A DNA stretch of 64,000 nucleotides, from contig JASANG010003582.1 of assembly GCA_030248215.1 (NCBI GenBank), forward strand, positions 434,001 through 498,000, written 5' to 3'. This document shows, one piece after another, positions 49,271-63,300 of this stretch. The DNA is from Enoplolaimus lenunculus (Eukaryota). The first letter of the stretch is position 1. Each line of letters begins with the position of its first letter. The position numbers and the translations under genes were made by a program. The notes below the pieces were generated by a model. It searched no databases, was not told the origin of the DNA, and saw only the letters and a program-made list of their open reading frames with translations.

Positions 49271-51605
49271 TATCGTAATTATTTATAAACAGAACATTCA
49301 TTAATTGAGCAGCATTAGGTGCAGGTGAATGTATCAGTTTGATACCCGTTGGAGTATTTATACAAAGCTTACAATTTAAACTATTAAAATTTTGTTGTAG
49401 AATAAATTTCATGACAGTTGGTGTTAATTATCATCTTATCTTACCACGACTGGCTGAAACTTCATGCAGTAATTTAAGGACGTGGAGCCAACAACAGATT
49501 TAGGAACATATTGCAGCTTTTCACCCATGCGTCCCATTCCTGGAAAACACTCCATAGAAAACAGTTCAACCTTGCTTCTAAGTCATCGAAAACCGCTGTA
49601 TGTTTCTTCTGAAAAGATACTAGACCCCCCCGTCGCAAGACGAGTTGGCTACGGACCTGCACCCATGGCAAAAGTAATAAATTTTTGCTTCGTTTGTCTT
49701 TCTTTAAAACAGCTAATGCAGTATGAAACAAACGTCTACCCCACATTATTCTATTTCGTCCGAGGACAACTAGGGCAAGTGACCCAGCACACCACCAAAC
49801 CTATGTCTTGGCATCTTCCCCTAAAATGGCACATATTTGCTACGTCAGTTCCTACGAACATAGGCCTACAGCCAGGAAATAATATAAGGGTGCCCTCGAA
49901 CTATTATACAGGGGAAAGAAAAATTTTCCTATCATAGAATTCTTTGCGGGGGCATCGATGTTTCTAGAACGTGCAGCGTACTTCTGTCCCCCCGTAGTTG
50001 CGGTCCTGTACCAACAATGCGTTTAACGTCAGCTGGCACTTGATTCTTATGCCTTAACCTAATCGTAAGCATATGCATATAAACTAAACCTAAGCCCAAG
50101 CCTAACTCGTGCTAAAAATTAGTCCAAAGCTTAAGTTTACTCCATTGCACTCCTGCAAAAAAAGTGGTCCATCCCTCAGCATTGTGTAGGAATCTGCGAA
50201 ACAGGCTTACGCCTATAGTATTTAGTTTCAGGCAGCTATCTATCAGTTTGAGATGACATGCTGGTTTCAACACAAGTGTATCCAGATACTATCTCATTTT
50301 TGCGTACGCATATATACGGCAAACTAAATAGCAGTATTTAGAAAAATTTCCCTATTCTGGCATAGTATATTTATCTCTGAGCGGCGTGCGCTAGGCTTAC
50401 GCGAATCAGCTCGAATGTCTCAGCATGACGCTGGTGTAGAACAAAGTGAATAATATGATAATTTTTGAAAACATTTCAATTTCGTTCGACACGGACCGTA
50501 CCGCGTAGTCGAATTGAGCGCAGTTTATAGTTTCTGTCAATTTTTAAACTTCAACTAATTTATTGCAACCGCGTGTTTTCAAATTGTAAATATCGCTCAC
50601 TGTGACTTGCAGCGGTTGCGTATCGACGAACGGTGTAATCTTGTTTATGGTCGCAACTGAGGGAGGGCAAAAGGGGGCGCGCCGGCCGCCCCGCCAACTT
50701 GCGGTTCCCTGTTCGCCCCCTTGGCCAAAATGTTTATCTACAACAGTAAAAATAATTTTATGTTAGGAAAAGGTTCCTAATTTTTTCAGGAATGTTTTTT
50801 GCTCTCTTTGCTAAAAATTATTTACTGCCGGACTGCGTTATTATCGGAATATTTATTTCATGCTACGAACGCTTTTTTTAACTCATATTCTATTTGAATA
50901 GATCATAATTCGCTTTGGTATAGCGTACGCTGCCTCTGAATTCTGCATATTGCATTCTAAATTAAAATTTATCATTTCGCACACTCGATTATGCGTTCTC
51001 TATCAATTTCACTCTTGACTTTATGCGCTTATTTACAGATTTACCTACATTTCTGTATTATTAGTGTTTGTTACAAATTATGACATAGAATTAGAAATAT
51101 ATAATTATATATTTATATATCGATATATTGTATATAAATATATGTTATATTAAACGTTAGTGTATTTCAACTCATTTACTCGTCCGAAATATTATATTTA
51201 ATTCAAAAATTAATCAAACTAAAGCATTGTAATTTGTAAAGTTAAAGTCAAAAATCGATGTGCGTATGGGCAGCAGAAGCGTTAAGAGCAAGGGTATGCT
51301 GCTACGCACCCTGAATTTCCTAACTAATTGTTACCACTCAAATGTTCTACTAGGAGAGGTACTTGAAGTCCAGTAACAGTGGAAGCCGAAACGGCACGGG
51401 TACCCCGCCGTGATTATTTTCTCCACTGGACTCTGTTTACAACTGGAAAAACCGAACAGTATTTTACAAATTTAAACCATTTTTTTTCAAAGGGCGTTAT
51501 TGTTAGTGAAGTATTGTATGGAATAGTTGTAGTATTAATTTAGAGGTTCTGCTAGGTTTTCAATGCGATTAAAATACTGTACAAGTACAGACAGGCCGTG
51601 TTTAA

Positions 51606-51870
51606 CCCTTGGTCACATGAATATTTTCTATTTCATCTGAGACCTACATTCTATGCTAGGATTCGAGCCCCAGTGGCTGGAGTGGAAGGCGTTTACCATC
51701 ACCACTCAGCTATAGGAGCTCGATGCTCGAGCCCGAGGGAGCTCTCACATCTTGTGGTATAATTTAGTACTATGTATACCAGTTGCAATGTTAAACACTG
51801 TGCGATATATATTATTAAACGTATATACACTGCACTGATTGACCCATAGTCAACTCTATGTGAGAAGGGG
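51606..51870. mobile_element. piggyBac-like MITE family E with tRNA-like A/B boxes
   Basis: TTAA|CCCTTGGTCACAT ... ATGTGAGAAGGGG|TTAA; minus-strand TAGCTGAGTGG and GGCTCGAATCC. Confidence 0.85.
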
Positions 51871-53536
51871 TTAAAATCGTTTCGTCGTAAGCACCAGAAT
51901 TGAAAGTAACGGTCTTCCTGTCACTGGCGTAGCTAAGATTTCATCTCGAAAGGCAAAATATTTATTTATAAAGTCTTTTCCGAGTGCGTGTAGCGATCGA
52001 GAAAAATTTTATTCCAAGTGTAGAGTTAACTGGTTATTCGAAAACCCGTAAAAGTGTATGATTTCGTGTCTCCAGATATTTCGCTGAGAGATATTTCCGA
52101 CAAATAGCAGATTTCTGATAAAAGCTAACCTAAGCTATAGCATCCTATCAGCGAAAATGTTAACAATGTTGTACCGTTTCAACCGGCAAATAATAACTTT
52201 CTATAAGACCCATTACAAGAGACAAAAAGCGAAACCAGAGTGTATAATACGTATCAGCAGTCATTGATATTTTCAATATTATGTCTCTATGCACACTGAT
52301 TTAAAATATAATGCGGTTATCAAATTTGCTGAGTAAATGTGTCTACTGAGCAATTCGAGTTCAAATCCTACGATTTTTTCTTCTGCCGTTCCGCATTTAC
52401 GCGCTTTACGCAGAAAATGATATGGAGTAAAATATTATTTAGTCAAAGCTCATGACGATATTTTTAGTTTTGCTCAGTTATAGTTTGGACTCGCCGACGC
52501 TATACGATAGCAGTTGGTAATTCTCCTGAGTCAATATATTTTACATCATTGTTAAAAGCACAATAATACGTTCAGTAGCGGATCCAGAAATTTTTTACAG
52601 GGGCAATGCGTGATATATTAGTGAAAAAAGGTTACGAGCAAGAAGCCAGACGCAATTTGAGTACCATACTTTGAAATGGGCTGAATTTTGGGTTTGATCC
52701 ATGTTGAATGCCATAGGTGGGGCGGAGCGCCCCTTGGATACTGTGATCATATTTTTTGTCTTTTTTTATGTCCGGCAGAGGCAATTTGAGCTCATGAGCG
52801 GTACGGCTTTCATTTTTATTGTTTTTTATTACATCGATTTGAAATTTTAAACAACTCCAAATTCGAAACATTTTGCTCTTTTTTTGCTGTCCGTTCATTT
52901 TGCAGTCAGCAAAAATTTAAACTATAAATGTCAATTTTGATTTGAATTTTTCTACTCTCATGCGCCGTGTGTTTAATTTTACAATATGGGAAGGTGTGTC
53001 TTAATACGGCATGGTATTAATAAATACTAACGACAGGGTTGTCTCAACTGTTTTTGCAACGACAATAAAAGAATATTCGACGTTGGCAAAGAGAAAATTG
53101 GACGGAAACCGAAAGTACTTTTTGAATTTTACTTTTGAACGGATTTTAACGTTTAGAAATAAACACAGTCAAATTAATACGCAGACTTTGAACGCGTGTT
53201 CAGATTTACGTTGAATGTTTGCGCATTAATTTGGCTGTTTTTTAAAGTGATAGATACAACACATTAATACCGACCAAGCGGAAATCGACTTGGTGGGAAA
53301 CAGAAAATATTTTATTTGTTGTGTTTTTTGAATGCGATACGTTCGAAGTTGAACTTTGCTAGTGGAATTCATGTAAATTTTCTTAAATTTAAAAACTCTT
53401 GATACGGATTGTATGCACCTCAAAAATTTCAAATTACACTCAACATACCAGGTTTTTGAGTGTCTCGTCGCACGTTTGTCTGAAATTTAAAAAAAAATAA
53501 CTGCGGCTGTACTTTACTTGATATCGTAAACTTGTT

Positions 53537-53664
53537 GACCAATGTAAATATCAGGGGCGGAGCTGTATTAAGCCTAAGCCAAGCAAACAAATTAGTCTAA
53601 AGCTTAAGTTTACTCTATTCTAGTAGCACAGAAAAACGTTCCGCCCCTTATCTTTACATGGGCC
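53537..53664 (+). mobile_element. Telomere-repeat-bearing MITE family C1 (shortest, 128 bp)
   Basis: TIRs present; the repeat core is reduced to about two hexamers. Confidence 0.82.
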
Positions 53665-55738
53665 AATTTACTTATCAAACACCTGTATACATTAAATTTT
53701 AGACAGTCAATCAAAGATGACTTATGTCATTTCAAAGATTATATACAACTTGTCTAATAAACTTAGAAATTGTTCGCAGTTGCATATAAAAAATTGCAAC
53801 TCGCACTTAGTGCCACCATGAAATATATAATCTTCCAAGCCGTCTATTATCGAGAGGACAATAGAACATTGTAAGAAGATTAAAACAGTTTTTTGTGTAA
53901 TCCTTTCTTATTCTATTATCTGCGATTTTTAATACGTCATTATTTGAAATTTTCGGACATTCTGCAATTTTTAACACGTCATATTTGAAATTTTCGGACA
54001 TTAAATAACCAGAGTTGATAATTTAAAAATTTGTTTCTACATGATTGCTGTATTATTAGGATACGTTACAAAATTAGGTTAATATACTAACAATGTGAAA
54101 TTGGTAAAACCACAACGTTTACTATTCTGTTAGCAAAATGTTTCTTACGGAGTGTCGTATACCCTGTCCCTTTGTGGACGTATTTGTGAAGTCAGCGAGA
54201 TTTTGATTTGAACCTTCCCATAGTAGTTAAAAATCTCACAGTATTTGATACCACATATATGATGGGAGGTACGATTGGTGGCTTACCAAATTTTAAATGA
54301 CGGAATAATTTTCCACTGGGAAAATTTTCAATCTTGTCAATCATTGCGACCACTGGGTGTTTTCTGTTTATGCTGACATCTTCAAATTCTCATTAAATAT
54401 GATTTTTAATCTTGATGGTACGTTCGGGAATTTGGAACCAGAGGGAACCAAAACGAAAAACTTGGGACGCGAGTAAGGTTCGCTTGACAAGTAACAATGT
54501 CTGAGGTACGTTAGTCGCCACAGACTGGTTTGTCAATAATGGATTCAGAAATTTCGGTCATGGTCATACCATATATAATTAACAGTAAAAAAAAAGCTCG
54601 CATGCGAAACGATCGAGAAGCCAAACGCAATTTTAGTATTAAATCTTAATTCAAAATTTTAGCTTTCATCCCTGTTCGGGTCATAGCTCAGGTGGTCTCC
54701 TTTGGATCCGGCTGTGATATGTGCAATGCAAGAAATGCGGTCAAATTCTGCAATAATTGCTGAGTCAATATTTTCCAAAATATCTGATCTGACGAACGTT
54801 TTTAATTTTTGCCCAGGCTGTCACTAAAAGTGTCAAAGTGACACACACCTAAATCGAAATATTTGTTGGACCATTAAGCATATGGCAAAATGTAGTCAGA
54901 ACCGCATAGCGAGATCAACTATTATGTGTTCTTGTGACGTGGTTATGATAAATTAGTGGTTCAGCAAAAAGTAACGTGGTGTCATTTTAGCCAATCTGAT
55001 AAATTTTTTAAAGGAATGTAACACCGTAGGTTTGTTTCACTAAAAGTCGTTTGCCATTTAAACTAAAAAATTAAATTTTTTAAAATTTAACTAGCTAGGT
55101 ATTTGTTGACGGATACTGAGCGTTAATGGACGAGTCCCACACTGTCGATGTAGTCAAGTTCAAGTGTTCTCGTACTTTCAAAAAGAATTTTTGTCAAAAA
55201 TCTATTTATAGCGATTACTACTTTGTAAGATGCGGTGCAAGCGACTTAACTTTTTAACAGCGTTGTGTCTGACAACAGAAAAGACTTTTTGACTACTAAC
55301 AGTTGTTACATCATTGTAAAGTGGCCGTTCAACGCAAGGATTAAATCCTCGTTTCAATTGCACATTTTCAAGTACCTGTGTTGTTTTTAGTTTTCGTACG
55401 AATATTTTTTTATTATTTTATACAATAATCGGCGGTGGTGAGTTATATTGTGGAAAAGTCGCTAATCTACGCATAAAACAACAATCGTGGTCACGTTTTG
55501 AGGTAATATTTCCGGCACAAAATGCGCGTTGCTTGAACGCGCTGTTCGACACTTTATTGCCATGGGCAAATGGGCCAATGTGAACTTTCAGGAGCGTAAC
55601 AGTAGATTAAACGTATTCCTAAGCCAAAGCCTAAGCGTTACAAAAATATTTGTAATTTTAAACTAAGTTTAGATCTCCACGTACAGTTTTACTTTTACTC
55701 TGTCTCATCAAAAATTTTCCGCCAAAAAAGCAACCAAC

Positions 55739-55902
55739 CAGGCCCGTAGCCAGCTCACCTTGCTAAAGGGGGCTAAAAATTTTCAGGAGGGGCATTTAAA
55801 GGTTTTCAATGACTTACAAGCAAGGCTGAACACCTTCTAGAGAAAACCAAAATTTTTTTCAAGGGGAGTTGAGCTCCCTTGCCCCTTTTGGCTACGGGCT
55901 CG
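55739..55902 (-). mobile_element. hAT-like MITE family A
   Basis: TSD CAACCAAC/TAACCAAC. Confidence 0.88.
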
Positions 55903-56767
55903 TAACCAACTATAATTTATGTAAGAAATATATGAAATGTCATGCAACGGTTATTTATATTCAATTATTTTTTATTTAAAACAATTTCACATTTTTGAAA
56001 AAACATCGCTCAAGCCAGGGGCTCAATGACTCAGCAGCACAGTAGCACCAACCCCACTTGAACAAATACTGCAAACGTTAAGTAAATTATATTTTTCGAT
56101 TGACTAAATTTATTTTTAGATATATTTTTAAATATGGATTGAAAATTAGCAACAGCTTGTGGTGGTCATCTTGCTTATGGGTCCGTTTGAGGTAATGAAG
56201 AGTCCCTCCTGAACGCAATTTTGACCCCTCCCGCTAGAAAATTTTCTACCTTGTTTGTATAGCCATTGAAACTTTTGTATACTTCTCCTGAAAATTTTTT
56301 AGCCTCCATAGCAAGGTGAGCTGGCTACAGGCGTGCCTTTGCGTAACTTTAGGAAAAAATGATTGTATGCGATTGTCACCTAAATCGGTCCCAATGTATG
56401 ACGTAACAAAACCTAGTGTGATGAGTAAAATGTTAAAATTTTAAAAATTTAAACCGACAGGTAATGTCAAAAATATTCAAATGAGGAAAAAATTTCAGGA
56501 ACTAAAATTGCATTGTTGATTCCGTATCAAGCAATGACTTAGGTGAGATTATAAACTGTTGCATCTGTACGATGTACTTGACTTTCGGATAAGTTATAAC
56601 AACCATGAGAAATTTTTACTGCAAATTGAAATTGTCGGAGCGAGTTCAACGTATTAAGGGACCGAAACAATTTCAGTTGCGAGCATGCAACAAGTTCGCA
56701 TGAATATATTATAATTGAAACAGGGCCGTTTTCACGAGGTGACAAATTTTTTGTAGAGGGACTAGCT

Positions 56768-56956
56768 CAGGCCCGTAGCCAGCCCACCTTGCTAGAGGAG
56801 CTAAAAATTTTTCAAGAGAGGCATACAAGGGTTTTCGATGACTTACAAGAAAGGCTGAAAATTGTCTAGGGGTTAAAATTTTTTCAGGTCGTTGATCGCT
56901 ATAGCCTCGGTCTGATCAAGGCTATCGTCCTTGGAGCGCATCTGGTTACAAGTCTG
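56768..56956 (-). mobile_element. hAT-like MITE family A (rearranged at one end)
   Basis: Begins CAGGCCCGTAGCCAGC with family A interior. Confidence 0.7.
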
Positions 56957-57719
56957 CATTTAGAGTATTTATTATTTGTATAATTTGCTACTAAACACAA
57001 TTCTATAGTTTTATTTTGTAATTTTTAGCTTGCGTGATCTTGGCTAATGAAACTTGTATATTAACATGACATATTTATTTATTTATTTCAATTTTGTGAT
57101 CTATTGAAATACGTATTATTAGAGTGAATTGTAATAACCGTAGTCAAACGATAATTGTGTACAGAAAATGATAACATGATATGTAAAAAAGTCAACGCAT
57201 GTTATGTCGACTCGAGTCGAACCTGCTTTCAAGTCATCCTACCCATAATCACGATAATTGGTCAGTTGACCGAAGCTAAAAATGGTAAGTTGGTTTTTAC
57301 CGTTTAGCCTGGATAATTATGGCAAGGGGATCCAATTGTTTTTTGTAAGACAGTTTTTGTTTGCGTCCTGTAGTTTCGCGACTAATTAGTGTTTCACAAA
57401 CCGACAGCCTCATTTGAACAGTTTGCAAACTTTCTGTAACAGCTCTGGCCCGAGCAGGTCCGTAGCCAGCTCGCCTTGTAAGGGAGGGCCAATAATTTTT
57501 CAGGAGGGGTATTCAAGAGTTTTTAATGACTTGCGAGCAAAGTTGTAAAATTTCTAGGGGCCAGGAGTGATAAAAGAGATATATCTCGTACCAAAATTTC
57601 TTTTAGAGACAAGGAAAACAATTTTAACTGGCATTTATGTTTGTAGATTTTAGACGTAAAGATAAATATATTTACATTAAATTATATCTGCTTGAATTGA
57701 AATCGTGGCTACTGCCCCT

Positions 57720-57885
57720 CAGGCCTCTAGCCAGCTCACCTTGCTCGAGGATGGCTAAATAATGTTTCAGGAGACGCGTACAAGGGTTTTCAATGACTTA
57801 CAAGCATGGTTGAAAATTTCTAGGGCGGCCAAAATTTTTCCAGGCGGGCTAAGCCACTTTGCTTCCCCCCTTGGCTACGGGCCCG
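57720..57885 (-). mobile_element. hAT-like MITE family A
   Basis: TSD CTGCCCCT/CTGCCCTT. Confidence 0.88.
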
Positions 57886-59417
57886 CTGCCCTTGGTCGTA
57901 GCGATTATTCTTTGTTTGTTCTGTCTTTGAAACTTTGTAATTAGCGAGTCAGAGTCTCCCGTTAAGACCCCCGGTCGGCATTAATTGTCTCGCCAGAATG
58001 CAGCTGACCGACACGGTTGTATACCCGACAACAGCACAGTAGTTTGCAAGTGTAAAGATATGGCTCTCATAAACACACCTCACCCGTGAAAGCTTCAGAG
58101 AGCAAGAGGAATATACAAGAATTTAAACGGATAAATGTGTGTATTTGGCAAGTAAAACTCGGAAGAAAAAAGTTTATGCCGCGGTAATTCTGTGGACTCA
58201 ACAAGTTTGTTATAAACTGCAAATGGTGTATGCTGCAAAATGGTAAATGATTCAAGATTAGCTTGAGAAAACACAAATTATAAGCGCTTATATACCTGCC
58301 GGATGAAACTATAGACCTCGTAACCTGAGCGAAAGGTAGAACACGAGCATGCGGTTGGTTTCATTAACTGTTCAGCGGGATTAAAACTGGCGTTAGAGGG
58401 TTTGAAGATTGTCTATTGAACGCTTTGCCCCCACCCCTGGCGCCTGTCACTGTATTCGTAATTAGTAAAGTTTTGGTTCCATTAATCTATTTATATTTAC
58501 GCAACTTCGCTTTTGTTATACACGGTCGCAAAGATTCGCCGGTCGAAAATTTATGATCCATTATAAATACGTTCTCGTCATTTAAACAGTTCGCATTTAC
58601 TGTAAAGTAGAACACCGTCTGTAAAAGTTTGACGGAAATTTTGGCCAGCCAACTGAAGAGGTGTCAAATTTCTCGAAATAAAACGGCTCGAGGCGACAGC
58701 CGGTGCACCGGTCGCTGGCTTCAGCCCGAAAAATTGCCAGTAGGGTCGGAAAAGATAAATTGTTAGTAACGGGGGGAATATATATTTAGGTTCTTGTACA
58801 CATCCCCCGCTTTTAAGATTAAGACTTTGACTAAAGCATAGGTTTGGGTTATGCTATCAAGTGAACGTTTCTGTCATTGGCAGCAGCGAAACTGACTACA
58901 GGGGGGCAGCGCCGTTTCGCTCTCCCCCCATGTAGTTGCGACTTAACCAGTCCGGTTTTGGACCTAATTGTGAAATTGTGTCAAATTCGCAAATTTGTGT
59001 TTACGTAGACGCCACTCTGGACAATTGTATGGTTATTTATACTGGATGAAACTAATACGTTTACTCAACGGCAATTAGTGGGGGGAACGTGTAATGAGCG
59101 AGAAATTTCGCTATTCGAGGGTTTCAAACGATAAGAAATAATGAACTTTTGGCGAAACAGCACGGACCGGTGTACTGAATCGACGTAATTGTATGGACAA
59201 CCCACCGTTGGCGGTAATGAGCAAGGTAGTTCAGCTGCATCTGGTTATATTAAGAAGAATAGGAAAACTGTAGTTGAAGCAACTTGTTTAACACTTTTTG
59301 GCTGAACCCTGCTTGTAGACTACAACTCATTGGAGTGGCCGCGCCCACGCTAAAGTTAAATCAAAGACGCCATCCTAAATTGTACTTTGCATTAAGAAAT
59401 GCGGGTACAGTTGAAAT

Positions 59418-59632
59418 GGACAATGTTACTTTTAGCGCCGTAACAGTAGATTAAGCGTATTTCTAAGTTTAAGACTGAGCCTAAGCTTAAGCTTAAGCCT
59501 AAACCTAAGCGTTGCAAAGATGTGTTCCTAAGCTTAAGCCTAAGCCTAAGCAAAAAAATGCAGTCTAGAATATAAGCCTACGCTTTTGCAGACCCACCAG
59601 AAACCGTGACGGCCCTAAATGTAATATGGGTC
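59418..59632 (+). mobile_element. Telomere-repeat-bearing MITE family C2
   Basis: TIRs, (GCCTAA)n-like core, perfect TSD GTTGAAAT. Confidence 0.9.
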
Positions 59633-60126
59633 GTTGAAATAATATCGTATTTTCATGCATCCCTGCTTAATGTCTTTCTTGCCAATAAAAACCATGTTAC
59701 TTTCATTGAACAACATACCGTTCTAGCTATCATTCAAACACTTATATGCCTTTTCCTGTAGGCAATATTGTATCAATCCTTGATATTCCTAGTGACACCA
59801 GAAAAAGTCATCAGGCCTTAGAATAGCTTTCTGTCTTCTGAGTTGTGCAGTACAAAAAATTGTCGCAATCCATGTGATCACTATAGTAAAATTCTAGCTA
59901 TAATCGTGCTTATTTCTGCATGTATATCGGCCAAGGGCGTAAGAAATGCAGTTCCGGAAACCAAACCACCCCGTTTGGGATGATGGTACATATTATATTT
60001 TCGGATACTTTTTCTGTTTGAACACAAGAAACTCTCTTCGAATAGCCCTACCCAAAAGCTTTGAAATTGCTGGCTACGCTCATTATATCTGTAGCAATTT
60101 TTAACTTTAAAAACATCTCATCTGTG

Positions 60127-60325
60127 CAGTGCCGGAGCAGGCAGGTATGGGAGCTCCACCCAGATTCCAGGGTGGAGGCCTCCGAACTCGCGAGCGAAGC
60201 GAACGAGAAACCAGACGCATTTTAAAACTTAAGCATTTTTTGTTTCAACCGGTTAGGGTAAGGGCCCCTTCAGAGCTGGCCCTCCACCAAATAGGGGGTA
60301 TGGGGGGTCGGCTGCTCCGGCCTTG
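60127..60325 (+). mobile_element. hAT-like MITE family L
   Basis: TIR CAGTGCCGGAGCAG / CTGCTCCGGCCTTG, TSD CATCTGTG/TATCTGTG. Confidence 0.82.
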
Positions 60326-63300
60326 TATCTGTGCATGACCGCAACAACCCTATAAATATGCAATTTTTCCAAAGTTTTCATTTGGCAACACTTTTCCCTG
60401 GCTCTTGGTCGTGACTGATGTCAAAATCATTACTTAATTATTCCGTTGGGAAATGAAGGTCGTGGTTGTGTTGACCAGAAGAAGCTGGTGGTGTTCACGG
60501 GGTAAACTGGTCCAGTTGTATGCGATAGCTCGTTGAATTTTAGGGGCCAAACCGTGTGTTTGCTAAACAAGAAGGGATGCGTGATAAACGTTATGTAGAC
60601 ACTTGTATATATACTTTTCTTAAGTTTGCGAATTTTTCCAATTGGGGCATAGTTTAGGCTTAAGATGAGGCTTAGACACAGGATTAGGTTTGCGGCGGAA
60701 ATGTGTAATTGCGATGTTTGCGCGAAACAGTAGAACTCGGTTAATTGTAATGTACGTATGTTAGGTATATATTTTCTTCAAGTAATGCTAGTCTGTATTT
60801 CAAACAATGAATTTAATTGTTTCAAAAGGTTAAATCCTTGACATATTTTTGCAAAATCCATCTTAGCTCCAACATCGAGTCAAAGTTAGAAACATTTAGT
60901 GCAGTCAAAATGTATAAAATTCGAATCGAAATAGTTTTTAGTAATCATGATTGTGATTGGTTTAAAAAATTGTGATGCTTAAACAAAATTGGCGATAATT
61001 TTCAAATTTTTGAAATCTCTCTAGCGTCAGTATTAATTAGGTAAAAATACTGCTAGTTTTTCAACTGAGATTCAACAATTCATTCTTTTAGGTTCAATTA
61101 CTCGTCTGTTATACCCATCGCTAGCTACTATTACAATCGTATATACTCAATATTTAGATGACAATTTGAGTTACTGGTGGATTCATGGGGACGCACCACG
61201 GCAATACCCAATCAACAGAGGTTATAAATCAAAACATTGTATTAAGGTTTAGTAGTGTTTAACTTGTCTCTCGCATTCGCTCGCGAGCTTTGTTCTACTA
61301 TGATATTTCGCCCCTTCCATTCAGAAATTTCTGGATCCGCCAACGATTTGAGCTCATGAATGAACCTTGTAGGAGCAGGTCAGCAGACACAAGAGTCATT
61401 GTTCTATTTTACATATGTATATGTATGTAGTCAATGTGTGTAGACAATTTCCTTTAAGCATGAATGAATAGCGTATGCAAAAGCAGGAAGTACTCACAGA
61501 TTGAATGAGGAAGCTGTATGGTGGGTGATGGGACGTTTCCGATTTGATGGAACGTTTAACGTTGAACAGGTGGTCAAAGCCAAACTACTAGGCAGGCTGA
61601 TTTAAATGACAAGAGTTGGTTGAAATATGCATGTAGGGGCTGAGGTTACCATTTGAGGTTAATTTCGAGAATGGTAAATTGATATAGGGTACGGTAACTA
61701 ATCAACAAATGATAACGGACAGTTGTTGAGAGCGGTAATTTGGAATAAGTTAACTTTCGATCCTTTTGCAGTTGGTATAAAATGAAATTTTTACCGAACT
61801 GGGTATTTTGTTCAAATCATAATTTTTAACGCTTTTCATTTTCTATGAGCAATGAAATGTGATTTCTGTGCAGTAAAAGTTTAGAAGAGAAGAATTTGAG
61901 AGGGAAGCTGAAGGTATTGCTTTTCGCATTTTTGGTGAATAAGATTTCGTTCCAATTTGGTGAAAAGTCGAGTCCTTACGGCTGTTGGTAATGTGCTTGT
62001 TCGTTGTACTGTAATGTATGCTTGTCGCGTGCATTCGTGCAGCCATATAGTGAACCATGAAACCAGCTTGACAGGCGGACTGTGTGGCGGAGTGGTGAAG
62101 CGTCCGCTTGAGGAACTGAATTTCGCCCATTTGAAAACAAAAATTTGAAGTTCTCAGCCAATTCATTAAGACCGATAAGGCCATAGCAAAAAGGTATTTT
62201 GCGTATGTAAAATTTAAATATTTTACTTTTACTCGTAACGTTACGCGTTTAAACCAATTGCTTCTGAACTCATAAAATGGTAAATTGATTCCACGCATAC
62301 TGGCGTATATTTAGTGTATAATCTGCTTAGTAAAGCACACGAGGTTCTCGTGATTTCTATGGTTTCCGTCTAACATTTTGAGTGTTTGCACTTTAGCTAA
62401 TGGAATTCTGATCTAAGCTGGGATTGTATCATAGGGTACTTGAGTGCGCAATGTATATATATTCAATTGAACGGCTTGAAATTGAAGTAGAATTATAAAC
62501 TGAATGGACGTTGTAACTTCCTTGGTCCAAATACCAATATATGTATATTGAAATCTTTATGAGAATTATTGGTTTTTGTACGCTTTGCCTCACCTTCAAG
62601 GACGGATCATGATCCAGCCGATCCTTAAGGTCGATTTGTGGGCCTTTGTCAGGTTTTTGTTGAAAAACCATGTGCCAAAAATATATTTCTTCATTCAAAA
62701 TTGTTGGATTTTGACACACTTTTCCTTGGACGCCTAAACGTGTGATCCGAGCGGTTGCGGCGTCACGGGTCTCCATTATGATCTGCTCTTGCAAATATTG
62801 TAGGTTACGGTTTAGGCTAAAGCTTAAGCACATTTAAGCAAAAAGTTAGGCTTTGGCGTTCGGCTTTGGCTTATGCATAAGCCTGCTTCTAAGCTTAAGC
62901 CTAAGCGTGAATTTGGGTGGAAAGTGTGCAAGGTCCAAAGTACCTTTCGTACTGCAATTGTATTGCAACAATATACCTAAAACAATACTGTTATTACTGA
63001 ATTAGAAGGGCTGGCCGAAATCCAGGGTCGCAATGTTACTAATTAATCGAGATTAGATTTCAACAATCACGCAGGGTTAAGGTTGTAAACATTTTGCGTA
63101 ACTGCAAATACGTGTTATTTTTTCAATACAATGACAATATATATTTCAATTCATTCTATTGACATGAATTGAACAGGTCCATTGGCAATTTATGGTCTAC
63201 ATATTGCCAAAATACTGTCCATTTGTCAGCAAGAGAATAAATTAATGTAGCTAAGTATTTTAATTTGAGATTTTAAATTTGGACAATTATAGATCCAAAA

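Noticed and set aside
57990..58320. Possible THAP-like (NYCAVVG) or transposase remnant
   Set aside because: The resemblance is only a few residues, with multiple stops; unsupported without a search.
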